Assembly (NCBI GenBank): GCA_037442925.1
Contig: JBBIPG010000007.1
Location: 1 to 54,259 of the forward strand
DNA length: 54,259 bases
Source: Candidatus Fraserbacteria bacterium
GTDB lineage: Bacteria > Bipolaricaulota > Bipolaricaulia > RBG-16-55-9
Direction of reading: 5' to 3'
This document shows, one piece after another, positions 18,636-26,833 of this stretch (position 1 is the first letter of the stretch; the number at the start of each line of letters is the position of its first letter). A model generated the notes under the pieces. The model saw nothing but the letters and a program-made list of their open reading frames with translations, was not told the origin of the DNA and did no database searches. A program made the translations under genes and the position numbers.

Positions 18636-20714
18636 CTATCGCAAGAAGGGCACAATGAGCAGGGCCACAATGTTGATCACCTTGATCATGGGGTTGATCG
18701 CAGGACCTGCGGTATCTTTATAAGGGTCTCCCACTGTATCTCCGGTGACAGCTGCCTTGTGAGGATCTGAGCCTTTACCACCGTGATGGCCTTCTTCAAT
18801 GTATTTTTTGGCGTTGTCCCACGCGGCTCCGCCGGTCGTCATGGAGATCGCCACAAAGAGCCCCGTCACAATGGTCCCCACCAACAATCCACCCAGCGCC
18901 CGAGCTCCCACCAGAGGGTCCGCTCCCAGTGCAGCAGCCACCGTGCCCAGTAGAAGCCCCACGACGATGGGGGAGAGAACCGGAATGAGCGCCGGAGCGA
19001 TCATCGCTTTCTGGGCTGTAGCCGTCACGATGCGCACGCATTGTCCATAATCTGGCTTTTCCTTGCCCTTCAGAATGCCGGGTTTCTCTTTGAACTGCCG
19101 TCGGACTTCCTCAATGATCGCACCCGCGGCCACACCGACTGCATCCATCGCCAGCGACGCAAACAGGAGCGGAAGCGCTCCACCGAGGAAGAGTCCTACG
19201 AGCACCCATGGGTCCGAGAGCCAGAACTGAACGACCACGCCCAGTTGGGCTGTCAACTCTTGGGCATAAGCGGAGAAGAGCACCAGTGCCGCCAGGCCCG
19301 CCGAACCGATGGCATAGCCCTTTGTGACCGCTTTCGTTGTGTTGCCCACGGCATCCAGTGGATCGGTGACCGAACGCACGGACTTGGGGAGCTTAGCCAT
19401 CTCGGCGATCCCGCCTGCGTTGTCCGTGATCGGGCCGTAGGCGTCAATCGCGACGATAATGCCCGTCATGGAGAGCATGGCCATGGCTGCAATGGCGATT
19501 CCGTAGAGGCCGGCCAGCGAGTAGGCTACGAGAATGGCAGCAGAAATGAGCAAGATGGGCAAGAAGGTCGAGCGCATTCCTACGGCCAGTCCCGCGATGA
19601 TGTTCGTGGCATGTCCGGTCACGGAAGCCCTCGCGATGCGCTGAACGGACGCGAAACGTTTCGAAGTGTAAAAGTCGGTGATCATGACCATCCCGACTGT
19701 GACGATCACACCCAGAATGGCAGAGAGCCACAGGTTGAGCACAGAGTACTTGCCGGTCTCCGCCATGAGCCATTGCGTGGCAGGATAGAAGACGATCATG
19801 GCGAGAATGGCTGCCACAGCCAACCCCCGATAGAGTGCGCCCATGATGTTTTGGGTTTTGGGCAGTCTCACAAAGAAGCTCCCGATGATGGAGCTTACAA
19901 TCGAGATCCCTCCCAACAGAAGCGGATAGAAGACGGCGCTCACTCCCGCCGAGCCTTCGAACTCCAGGAAGCCCAAGAGCATCGCGGCCACGGCCGTCAC
20001 GGCATACGTCTCGAAGAGATCGGCGGCCATACCGGCGTCATCGCCTACGTTGTCGCCCACGTTGTCTGCAATGACCGCAGGGTTTCTTGGATCGTCTTCC
20101 GGAATGCCCGCCTCGACTTTTCCGACAAGATCAGCTCCGGCGTCGGCTCCTTTGGTGTAGATACCTCCGCCCAAGCGCGCGAAGACGCTGATCAGCGAGC
20201 CTCCGAAACCCAATCCTACCAATGCATCCAGTGCGTGCTTGAGTTCAAACCCGAAGCTTCCCCGCAAGATCCAGAGGAAGGCTGCAATGGCAAAGAGTCC
20301 CAATCCCACCACGAAGAGCCCCGTGACGGCGCCCCCCTTGAATGCGACAGAAAGCGCGGCCGCCAGGCCGGACTTGGCTGCCTCCGCCGTGCGCACGTTG
20401 GTGCGGACAGCCACGTTCATGCCCACGTAGCCAGCCAATGCCGACGAGATAGCACCCAGGAGGAACCCGACAGCCGTAGCCAGCCCCAACGCCACAAGGA
20501 GCACAACGAAGATCACAACAGCGACGAGAGCGATGATCGTGTACTGACGGTTGAGGTAGGCAGATGCGCCTTCTTGAATGGCAGAGGCGATCTCCTGCAT
20601 GCGTCTATCCCCCTTAGGCAGGCGTAGCACGTACAGCGTCAGCGCGACCCCATAGACGATGGCCGCCAAGCCGGACAAGACAGCCAACAGCATGACCAAC
20701 TGCGTGATATCCAT
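18636..20714 (-). CDS. hppA: Membrane-bound ion-translocating pyrophosphatase, K+-independent signature
   Basis: Motifs [34 protein letters not shown] and [11 protein letters not shown]. Confidence 0.97.
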   Translation of the reverse strand: MDITQLVMLLAVLSGLAAIVYGVALTLYVLRLPKGDRRMQEIASAIQEGASAYLNRQYTIIALVAVVIFVVLLVALGLATAVGFLLGAISSALAGYVGMNVAVRTNVRTAEAAKSGLAAALSVAFKGGAVTGLFVVGLGLFAIAAFLWILRGSFGFELKHALDALVGLGFGGSLISVFARLGGGIYTKGADAGADLVGKVEAGIPEDDPRNPAVIADNVGDNVGDDAGMAADLFETYAVTAVAAMLLGFLEFEGSAGVSAVFYPLLLGGISIVSSIIGSFFVRLPKTQNIMGALYRGLAVAAILAMIVFYPATQWLMAETGKYSVLNLWLSAILGVIVTVGMVMITDFYTSKRFASVQRIARASVTGHATNIIAGLAVGMRSTFLPILLISAAILVAYSLAGLYGIAIAAMAMLSMTGIIVAIDAYGPITDNAGGIAEMAKLPKSVRSVTDPLDAVGNTTKAVTKGYAIGSAGLAALVLFSAYAQELTAQLGVVVQFWLSDPWVLVGLFLGGALPLLFASLAMDAVGVAAGAIIEEVRRQFKEKPGILKGKEKPDYGQCVRIVTATAQKAMIAPALIPVLSPIVVGLLLGTVAAALGADPLVGARALGGLLVGTIVTGLFVAISMTTGGAAWDNAKKYIEEGHHGGKGSDPHKAAVTGDTVGDPYKDTAGPAINPMIKVINIVALLIVPFLR

Positions 20715-20811
20715 AATTCAGTTAGGTGACCCTCCCTCACCCCAAGTTGATGGAAATAGTAGCGGTACCGTTGGGATATTTATACGAGCTTTCCCGATGC
20801 GGGTCAAGACG

Positions 20812-22257
20812 TCAATATCTTGGGATCGTTGGATCTACCTCTTTTGCCCAAGCATCGATCCCACCCGCGAGATTTTCTACTTTATGAAATCCAGCACTGC
20901 GCAATAGACTCAATGCCTCAGCGCTGCGCTTGCCCGTCTTACAGTAGACGACGATCCGGTCCATGCTGTTTAGCTCAGAGAGGCGACTCGGCAGATCCCG
21001 AAGCGGAATCAATGTGGCCTCCGAGAGGTGACAGATCTCCCACTCCTGCGGCTCACGCACATCCAACAGCCGGATCTTTTCTCCTCGGTTCAGTCGTTCT
21101 CTAAGCTGGGCCGGCGTAGTTTCCCACTCCTTGCCAGGACTGACCGCGCGCTCGTCTGCTACACCGCAAAACTCTTCATAGTCGATCAGTTCGCGGATCG
21201 TCGGATTCTCACCGCAGATGGGGCAATCTGGATTCTTGCGTAACGCAAGCTCTCGGAACGTCATCGTAAGCGCGTCAATGAGGAGCAGCCGCCCCAGAAG
21301 AGTCTCTCCCTGTCCCAGAATGAGCTTGATCGTTTCGTTGGCTTGGATCACACCCACGAGACCCGCTAAGACGCCTAGCACACCGCCTTCCGCGCAGCTG
21401 GGCACCAAGCCTGGTGGCGGAGGCGTTCCATAAAGACATCGATAGCAAGGGCCGCTTCGTGCGTCGAAGACCGTCGCCTGTCCATCAAACCGGAAGATGC
21501 TGCCATACACATTGGGCTTTCCCAACAATACACAGGCGTCATTCACCAAGTACCGCGTCGGGAAATTGTCCGTGCCATCCACGACGATGTCGTAGTCTTT
21601 GAAGATATCGAGTGCGTTCTCCGATGAGAGCCGCGTCTCGTAGGTCTTTATTTTAATATGGGGGTTGATCCCCCGTAAGCACTCCTCGGCTGACTCCAGT
21701 TTGGGGCGCCCGACGTCGTGGGTGGAATAGATCACCTGACGCTGGAGGTTGCTCTCCTCCACGACATCGAAATCGACCAGCCCCAGATGTCCGACTCCGG
21801 CGGCCGCCAAGTAGATCGCCACCGGGGAGCCCAGCCCACCGGCACCGATGAGGAGCACCCGGGCGGCTCTAAGTTTCTTCTGCCCAGAAAGAGCCACTTC
21901 GGGCATGATGAGATGACGACTGTAACGACGGATCTCTTCGTGACTGAGTTCTGCGTCAAGGCTTGCTTGCTCCAGTTCAGGCCGTCCACCCGCTACAGCA
22001 GGCACGATGCGAATCTCATCTCCATCCTGCACCTTCGTGTCTTCACGCTGAAGGTAGCGGATGTCTTCCTCATTGACGTAAATGTTCACAAAGCTTCGCA
22101 ACTCACCCAGATCATCGAAGAGGTGCGTCTTTAGATACGGGAAGTGAGATGCTAAGCTCGCTAAGATCTCGGCCACTGTGCTTCCGTCGAGAGTAACGGC
22201 CGCGTTGCCCTTAGTGTACGGGCGAAGAGGCGCGGGGATGAAGACTCTGATTGCCAT
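20812..22257 (-). CDS. moeB: Fusion of a MoaD/CysO-like ubiquitin-like domain, a MoeB/ThiF E1 domain and a rhodanese domain
   Basis: N-terminal 91 aa beta-grasp domain ending VPAVAGG. E1 motifs RYSRH, GAGGLG, SNLQRQ, CYRC and SCAEGG. Rhodanese motifs DVRE and YCKTGKRS. Confidence 0.93.
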   Translation of the reverse strand: MAIRVFIPAPLRPYTKGNAAVTLDGSTVAEILASLASHFPYLKTHLFDDLGELRSFVNIYVNEEDIRYLQREDTKVQDGDEIRIVPAVAGGRPELEQASLDAELSHEEIRRYSRHLIMPEVALSGQKKLRAARVLLIGAGGLGSPVAIYLAAAGVGHLGLVDFDVVEESNLQRQVIYSTHDVGRPKLESAEECLRGINPHIKIKTYETRLSSENALDIFKDYDIVVDGTDNFPTRYLVNDACVLLGKPNVYGSIFRFDGQATVFDARSGPCYRCLYGTPPPPGLVPSCAEGGVLGVLAGLVGVIQANETIKLILGQGETLLGRLLLIDALTMTFRELALRKNPDCPICGENPTIRELIDYEEFCGVADERAVSPGKEWETTPAQLRERLNRGEKIRLLDVREPQEWEICHLSEATLIPLRDLPSRLSELNSMDRIVVYCKTGKRSAEALSLLRSAGFHKVENLAGGIDAWAKEVDPTIPRY

Positions 22258-22267
22258 GTTCCTCCCC

Positions 22268-22687
22268 TTAAAGAATTTCTTCCGGGTCAAACCGAGATCG
22301 GTCATCCCGCAACGTCCATGAGCGGAACTCAGCGGCTCGCCCCTGTATCACGGAGACGATCACGTACGAAAGCCACGGCCAAGCGTTTTCGAGGTCATAG
22401 TCAGAAGGAGATGTCATCGCATCCGGGTGCGAGTGATAGAACCCCACAATCTCAAGTCCGTGCCTGTGGGCCTCGCGTTCCCCTTGGAGTACTTCGCGGG
22501 AAGCGATCAAGAAACGATTCTCTTTGGAATCTATGCGGGCGTTCTCCAGAGGCTTCACAGCTTCAACAACTTTGATCTTGTCGTACATTCTCCCTAGCAA
22601 CATCCCGCAACATTCGTAGGGATAGGTCTGCTCGCCATGGGCGCAGATCGCTCGACGATCTCTCTCTTCGATTCTGACCCTGGTCAT
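22268..22687 (-). CDS. JAMM/MPN+ (M67, Mec-like) metallopeptidase
   Basis: Motifs YPYECCG and GFYHSHPD...PS..D. Confidence 0.93.
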   Translation of the reverse strand: MTRVRIEERDRRAICAHGEQTYPYECCGMLLGRMYDKIKVVEAVKPLENARIDSKENRFLIASREVLQGEREAHRHGLEIVGFYHSHPDAMTSPSDYDLENAWPWLSYVIVSVIQGRAAEFRSWTLRDDRSRFDPEEIL

Positions 22688-22879
22688 TCCTGTTACCCCC
22701 ACAGAATTACTTGCCCAAGTGCGCAGGTCTTGTGCCTCAAAAGCTCCATTATAGAGTAGACAGAGAGGTCAGGCTATAGCTATGATGGGCGCCACATAGA
22801 CTTCCAGAGAGGGGATGGCGAAATGAAAAATAGACCGTCTGCAGCGGCTCAGGTCTTGTAAGATTACCATGGTGAGAAC

Positions 22880-23075
22880 ATGCTTAGGACGAGTTCGCCG
22901 CTCGCGCGCACGGGCTATCAGATCTACCAGAAGCAGCTCAAGCACAAACTAGAGCCGATTCATCGCTACTCGATCAGATGATGCGCTGCTGGGGACGAAG
23001 ATGCTGATCGGCTATGTGTTTGAGCTGGACGTCGAAGCAGGCAAGGTCGAGATCAGAGAAAAATATCTTCAATAA
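22880..23075 (+). pseudogene. Degraded remnants: N-terminus of a small protein joined to the C-terminus of a clan AA aspartic-protease-like gene
   Basis: GYQIYQKQLKHKLEPIH in one frame, then FIATRSDDALLGTKMLIGYVFELDVEAGKVEIREKYLQ* (22959-23075) in another frame with no start codon ahead of the conserved part. Confidence 0.45.
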
Positions 23076-23303
23076 GCATGACGACTGGCGGTCCAAATTG
23101 GCTCCAAACAGTCGATCCTCACCCTCAATGTACGCATATGAAGTGGAGCCTGTCTGGGCGTTGTAGTAGATCGCCACGAAGCGGTTTTCAGCAAGAAACA
23201 GTCGGAGTTTTGCAACCTTGCCGATTATCTGGTGTTCGACGCGCTGAATCCAAGTATGTGACTGTACGGCTTGCAAGACCTGCTGCACAACCGACTCAGG
23301 CAT
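22974..23303 (-). pseudogene. Probable TA toxin (DUF6516/TumE-like), apparently truncated near 23095
   Basis: Reads FVAIYYN..TG.TSYAYI.GEDRLFGAN and then becomes unrelated exactly at the tRNA-end repeat. It overlaps the upstream antitoxin-like gene. Family recognised from memory. Confidence 0.5.
23086..23097 (-). repeat. Copy of the tRNA-Glu 3' end (att-like direct repeat)
   Basis: tggcggtccaaa here versus tggcggtcccaa at 23608-23619: 11 of 12 identical, including the CCA end. Confidence 0.6.
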
Positions 23304-23595
23304 GGACCTTCAGTTGCGAGGTGATTTTCTCAAAATACTCCAGGTTGGTGAGGGCCTCCTCCCAAGCCATGTAGTCCTGCTCATGCTTCCAGGTGAGAGG
23401 CAGGTCCTTGGCCAGTCTCTGTGCAAAGGCTTCAAAGCTGAGCGCGTACTTGTGTTCCAGTCGGGCGACCTCCTGCTGGTAGTGGCTGAGTTTCTGCTCC
23501 ACATACGTCCGCAGAGTTTCTTCCAGGGCCTCCGTGGGGTCGGTCCGTCCTGTAACCTCCTGGGCCAGCTTCTTGAGTTGCTTTTCTGTCAACAT
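23296..23595 (-). CDS. Probable antitoxin (TumA-like helical protein)
   Basis: LEHKY.LSFEAF...DYMAWE pattern. The ATG lies 12 nt downstream of the tRNA CCA. Confidence 0.6.
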   Translation of the reverse strand: MLTEKQLKKLAQEVTGRTDPTEALEETLRTYVEQKLSHYQQEVARLEHKYALSFEAFAQRLAKDLPLTWKHEQDYMAWEEALTNLEYFEKITSQLKVHA

Positions 23596-23607
23596 TCGAT
23601 TCACCCG

Positions 23608-23683
23608 TGGCGGTCCCAAGGGGATTCGAACCCCTGTTTCCGGCTTGAGAGACCAGCGTCCTAGGCCACTAGACGATGGGACC
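23608..23683 (-). tRNA. tRNA-Glu (anticodon CTC)
   Basis: GGTCCCATCGTCTAGTGGCCTAGGACGCTGGTCT-CTC-AAGCCGGAAACAGGGGTTCGAATCCCCTTGGGACCGCCA forms a full cloverleaf with encoded CCA. Confidence 0.97.
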
Positions 23684-23694
23684 GATTCCCGCGA

Positions 23695-23723
23695 ATTATA
23701 GCTTGTACACTCAACTTCTGCAA
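23695..23723 (-). promoter_or_regulatory. tRNA promoter
   Basis: TTGCAG-17 nt-TATAAT ending 11 nt upstream of the tRNA. Confidence 0.7.
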
Positions 23724-23770
23724 ACCGCACGGGCCGCGCTCACCACAACATATCTGGACAAGCCCTGCTC

Positions 23771-25054
23771 ATGCTGTATCATCCAGGCGAGAGGAGGGAG
23801 GCGATAACTCCCTTGTTCCTGCTGACTCTACTCAAGATCGCCGCGCGCAATGTGCTGCGCAACCGCCGCCGCTCGATCATTACTCTTATCGGCATTGGCA
23901 TAGGGCTTACGCTCATCATCTTCTTCCAGGGAGTCATCAGCGGGATGGACAAGCAGATCACAGATAATTTTATCAAGGCCCAAGCCGGTCACATTCAACT
24001 TTACGCGCAGGGCTACAGCGAGAAATCCCGTCTTCTCCCCTTAGACATTACCCTCGCAGAATCCGAGGAATTGCTTGAGGAGATCCGGAATACGCCGGGA
24101 ATTGTGGGAGTCTCGCCCCACATCCGCTTTCGAGCGATCCTTGGCCTAAAGAGCGAAACCACCGCTGCGATGGCCCTAGCCATCCGTCCAGAAGCCGAGA
24201 GAATCACCGGAGTCATTGCCAGCGCGATCATGGAAGGCGGGAGCTATCTGGACAATCAACCCGGTTATATGCTAGTGGGCAAACAGCTGGCTGAGGATCT
24301 CAAGCTCCATGTGGGGTCCGTGCCCATGCTGGTGAGCAACACAGCCACCGGCGCGCTGAACGCTGGTCGCTTTGAGGTCAAGGGCATCTTCTACACGGGC
24401 TACCCGCAATACGATGGCTCTGTTGTTGTGATCAACCTCACGGACGCTCAACGGCTACTGGGGCTTGCAGGGAAAATCACAGAGATCGCCGTCAGTCTAA
24501 ACGATGTCGATCTCACAGATCGGACAGCTATGCTCCTCAATGAGCACTTTGCCGGCAAGGGAATCGAGCTCCAGACATGGAAGGAGATCGGAGCGGCGAT
24601 CTGGCAGACTCTCACGTTCCGCCGCTGGCTCCTCAGCGTGATCTCTTTCATCGTCATCGCAGTAGCCATGCTGGGTATGGCCAACACGATGCTGATGGCC
24701 GTCTTCGAACGCACTCGCGAAATCGGCACCATGATGGCCTTGGGTGCCACGCGTCCCCAACTCCTCACGCTCTTCGTGCTCGAGGGACAGCTGCTCGGTG
24801 CGGCAGGTGGCCTCCTAGGAGGTCTCTTGGGTGGGGGGCTCATCAAGTATCTTTCTGTTGTGGGCATCTCCCCGCCCAGCAGCATCGCCTCTGTTCTTTC
24901 GGCCCCCATCGGCAACATAGTCTATGCGGAGTTCTCCTGGTTCTGGATCTTGGTCTTCTTCGTGTTCGCACAACTAATCTCAATCCTTGCGTCTTTCTAT
25001 CCGGCGTATCTGGCATCCAAACAAGAACCGGTCACAGCCTTACGCCATGTCTGA
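23771..25054 (+). CDS. FtsX/LolE/MacB-type ABC permease
   Basis: Motifs IAARNVLRNRRRS and NTMLMAVFERTREIGTMMALG, C-terminal ALRHV. The true start may be TTG at 23813. Confidence 0.9.
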   Translation: MLYHPGERREAITPLFLLTLLKIAARNVLRNRRRSIITLIGIGIGLTLIIFFQGVISGMDKQITDNFIKAQAGHIQLYAQGYSEKSRLLPLDITLAESEELLEEIRNTPGIVGVSPHIRFRAILGLKSETTAAMALAIRPEAERITGVIASAIMEGGSYLDNQPGYMLVGKQLAEDLKLHVGSVPMLVSNTATGALNAGRFEVKGIFYTGYPQYDGSVVVINLTDAQRLLGLAGKITEIAVSLNDVDLTDRTAMLLNEHFAGKGIELQTWKEIGAAIWQTLTFRRWLLSVISFIVIAVAMLGMANTMLMAVFERTREIGTMMALGATRPQLLTLFVLEGQLLGAAGGLLGGLLGGGLIKYLSVVGISPPSSIASVLSAPIGNIVYAEFSWFWILVFFVFAQLISILASFYPAYLASKQEPVTALRHV

Positions 25055-25097
25055 TGGAGAATCTGCTGGCTCATTCCATGAGTAAGTAAATAGAGGA

Positions 25098-25865
25098 GTG
25101 ATCTGGATGATGAGCAAAACTCTTATGAAGCTGAGTCTGGTTCTTATAGCAGGGCTCTTTCTCTACACGGAAGCTCAAACAGAACCGACGGCCCAAGAGA
25201 TCTTAGAGAAAGCTCTGAACGTTCTTTACCCAGAGACGTTCATCTCGGAAGTGAGCCTTGAAAACGTCAAAGCCGATGGCACAACACAAACGTATTCCAT
25301 GAAAGTCTATCGCGAGGGCTCCGAGAAAGCGCTGATAGAATTTCTCGCCCCGGAAGACCAGAAAGGCCAAAAGGTCCTTCGCGTCGGCGATGAGATCAAG
25401 ATCTTCTTCCCCAGCACCTGCGAGTTCTTGTCCGTGGGGACTCAATTAGGATTAGTAGGATCTGTGTTCTCCTACGGAGATGTTGCACGACTGGACTTGG
25501 TGGCGGACTACTCACCCACGCTCGTCGGCGTGGAGGATCTGGGCGGAAAATCTGCCTATAAGCTGGAGTTGCGCGCAAAGGACCAAAGCGTTGCCTATGA
25601 TAAAGTCCTCTACTGGGTCGAGATCGAGACGTTCTTCCCCCTGCGAGCGGAGTTCTACACGGCATCCGGTGAGCTACTGAAATGGGTGACGTACATCGAG
25701 ACGAAGGAGTTGGCCGGAGCCATCCGCCCATCGAAGGCCGTCATGGAAAGCGCCCTCGAGGAAGGAGCCAAGACGGTATTCACCACTCTCACCATGGAAG
25801 CCCAAGAAGACCTGCCCGATGAGATCTTCACAGAAGAGTACCATATTCAGCAGTGCACGGGTTGA
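25098..25865 (+). CDS. LolA-like outer-membrane lipoprotein-sorting protein
   Basis: Signal peptide, FLAPEDQKGQKVL, GSVFSYGD, YDKVLYWV and EFY..SG.LLK; lies between the permease and ATPase genes. Confidence 0.8.
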   Translation: MIWMMSKTLMKLSLVLIAGLFLYTEAQTEPTAQEILEKALNVLYPETFISEVSLENVKADGTTQTYSMKVYREGSEKALIEFLAPEDQKGQKVLRVGDEIKIFFPSTCEFLSVGTQLGLVGSVFSYGDVARLDLVADYSPTLVGVEDLGGKSAYKLELRAKDQSVAYDKVLYWVEIETFFPLRAEFYTASGELLKWVTYIETKELAGAIRPSKAVMESALEEGAKTVFTTLTMEAQEDLPDEIFTEEYHIQQCTG

Positions 25866-25866
25866 A

Positions 25867-26556
25867 ATGAAGCAAGAGACCAGCGAACCGATTATCCAAG
25901 TTGAGAATGTCATTAAAAAATACCAACTGGGCAAGACGATCATTTTGGCTCTAAAAGGGGTCAACTTAGACGTCAAGCGTGGTGAATTTCTCTGCATTGC
26001 TGGACCCTCGGGCAGTGGCAAGACCACACTACTCAACATGATCGGCTGCCTGGATAAACCCACATCCGGGCAAGTGAAAGTTGAGGGACGCGACGTGACT
26101 TCACTGCCCAGCGGCGAGCTGGCACGGCTGCGGCGGCAGAAGATCGGCTTCATCTTCCAGACGTTCAGCTTACTCCCTGTGCTCTCGGCGTATGAGAACG
26201 TGGAGTTCCCGCTTGTGCTACGAGGAGATCACAGCAAGCACCATCGGGAGCGTGTCTGGCAGATCTTGCAGTCTGTGGGATTGGAAGAGGTTGCCCGCCA
26301 TAGACCCGACGAACTCTCCGGAGGCCAGCAGCAACGGGTCGCCATCGCGCGCGCTCTGGTTAGCGAGCCGATATTAATTCTGGCCGATGAGCCAACAGCC
26401 AACTTGGATTCAGACACGGGCCAAGCGATCATTGAGTTGATGCACAAGCTTAGCCGAGAGCGAGGAACGACATTCATCTTCAGCACACATGACCAGAAGA
26501 TCATGGAGCGCGCGGATCGAGTAGTCCACCTCAAAGACGGCTCCATCTCTGACTGA
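25867..26556 (+). CDS. LolD-like ABC ATPase
   Basis: Motifs [23 protein letters not shown] and ADEPTANLD. Confidence 0.93.
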   Translation: MKQETSEPIIQVENVIKKYQLGKTIILALKGVNLDVKRGEFLCIAGPSGSGKTTLLNMIGCLDKPTSGQVKVEGRDVTSLPSGELARLRRQKIGFIFQTFSLLPVLSAYENVEFPLVLRGDHSKHHRERVWQILQSVGLEEVARHRPDELSGGQQQRVAIARALVSEPILILADEPTANLDSDTGQAIIELMHKLSRERGTTFIFSTHDQKIMERADRVVHLKDGSISD

Positions 26557-26582
26557 CATCTCGATAGGGAAGAGCTACCTCC

Positions 26583-26611
26583 TTGAGCTGCACCGGAGTT
26601 CGTGGTATACT
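26583..26611 (+). promoter_or_regulatory. Sigma70-type promoter with extended -10
   Basis: TTGAGC-17 nt-TATACT, with TG at -15/-14. Confidence 0.6.
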
Positions 26612-26690
26612 CTGCCTCAGCTTGTTTTCATAGTTGTAAACACCCGCATAGCACACGTTAAGGAGAAGTGTTGAAGGAGCGTGATAAGAA

Positions 26691-26822
26691 ATGTCTAAAG
26701 GCTGGACTCCCCCCAAAGGGATCAGCGTAATCTATAAGGGCAGAGGTCATCGCAAGAAAGCCCAAAGAGATGAGCATGAGACAAGCAAAGAGAAAGCAAA
26801 GAAAGACAAAGACTCGGACTAG
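26691..26822 (+). CDS. Small Lys-rich protein (43 aa), not in the ORF track
   Basis: MSKGWTPPKGISVIYKGRGHRKKAQRDEHETSKEKAKKDKDSD*, preceded by AAGGAG and a promoter. Confidence 0.5.
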   Translation: MSKGWTPPKGISVIYKGRGHRKKAQRDEHETSKEKAKKDKDSD

Positions 26823-26833
26823 CTAAAGCCTCC

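Noticed and set aside
19041..20627. 528-aa ORF on the + strand
   Set aside because: It is the antisense shadow of hppA and has no motifs. The same applies to most other overlapping ORFs in the track.
23596..23730. N-terminal extension of the 144-aa ORF
   Set aside because: It runs through tRNA-Glu and its promoter. The real start is more likely ATG at 23595.
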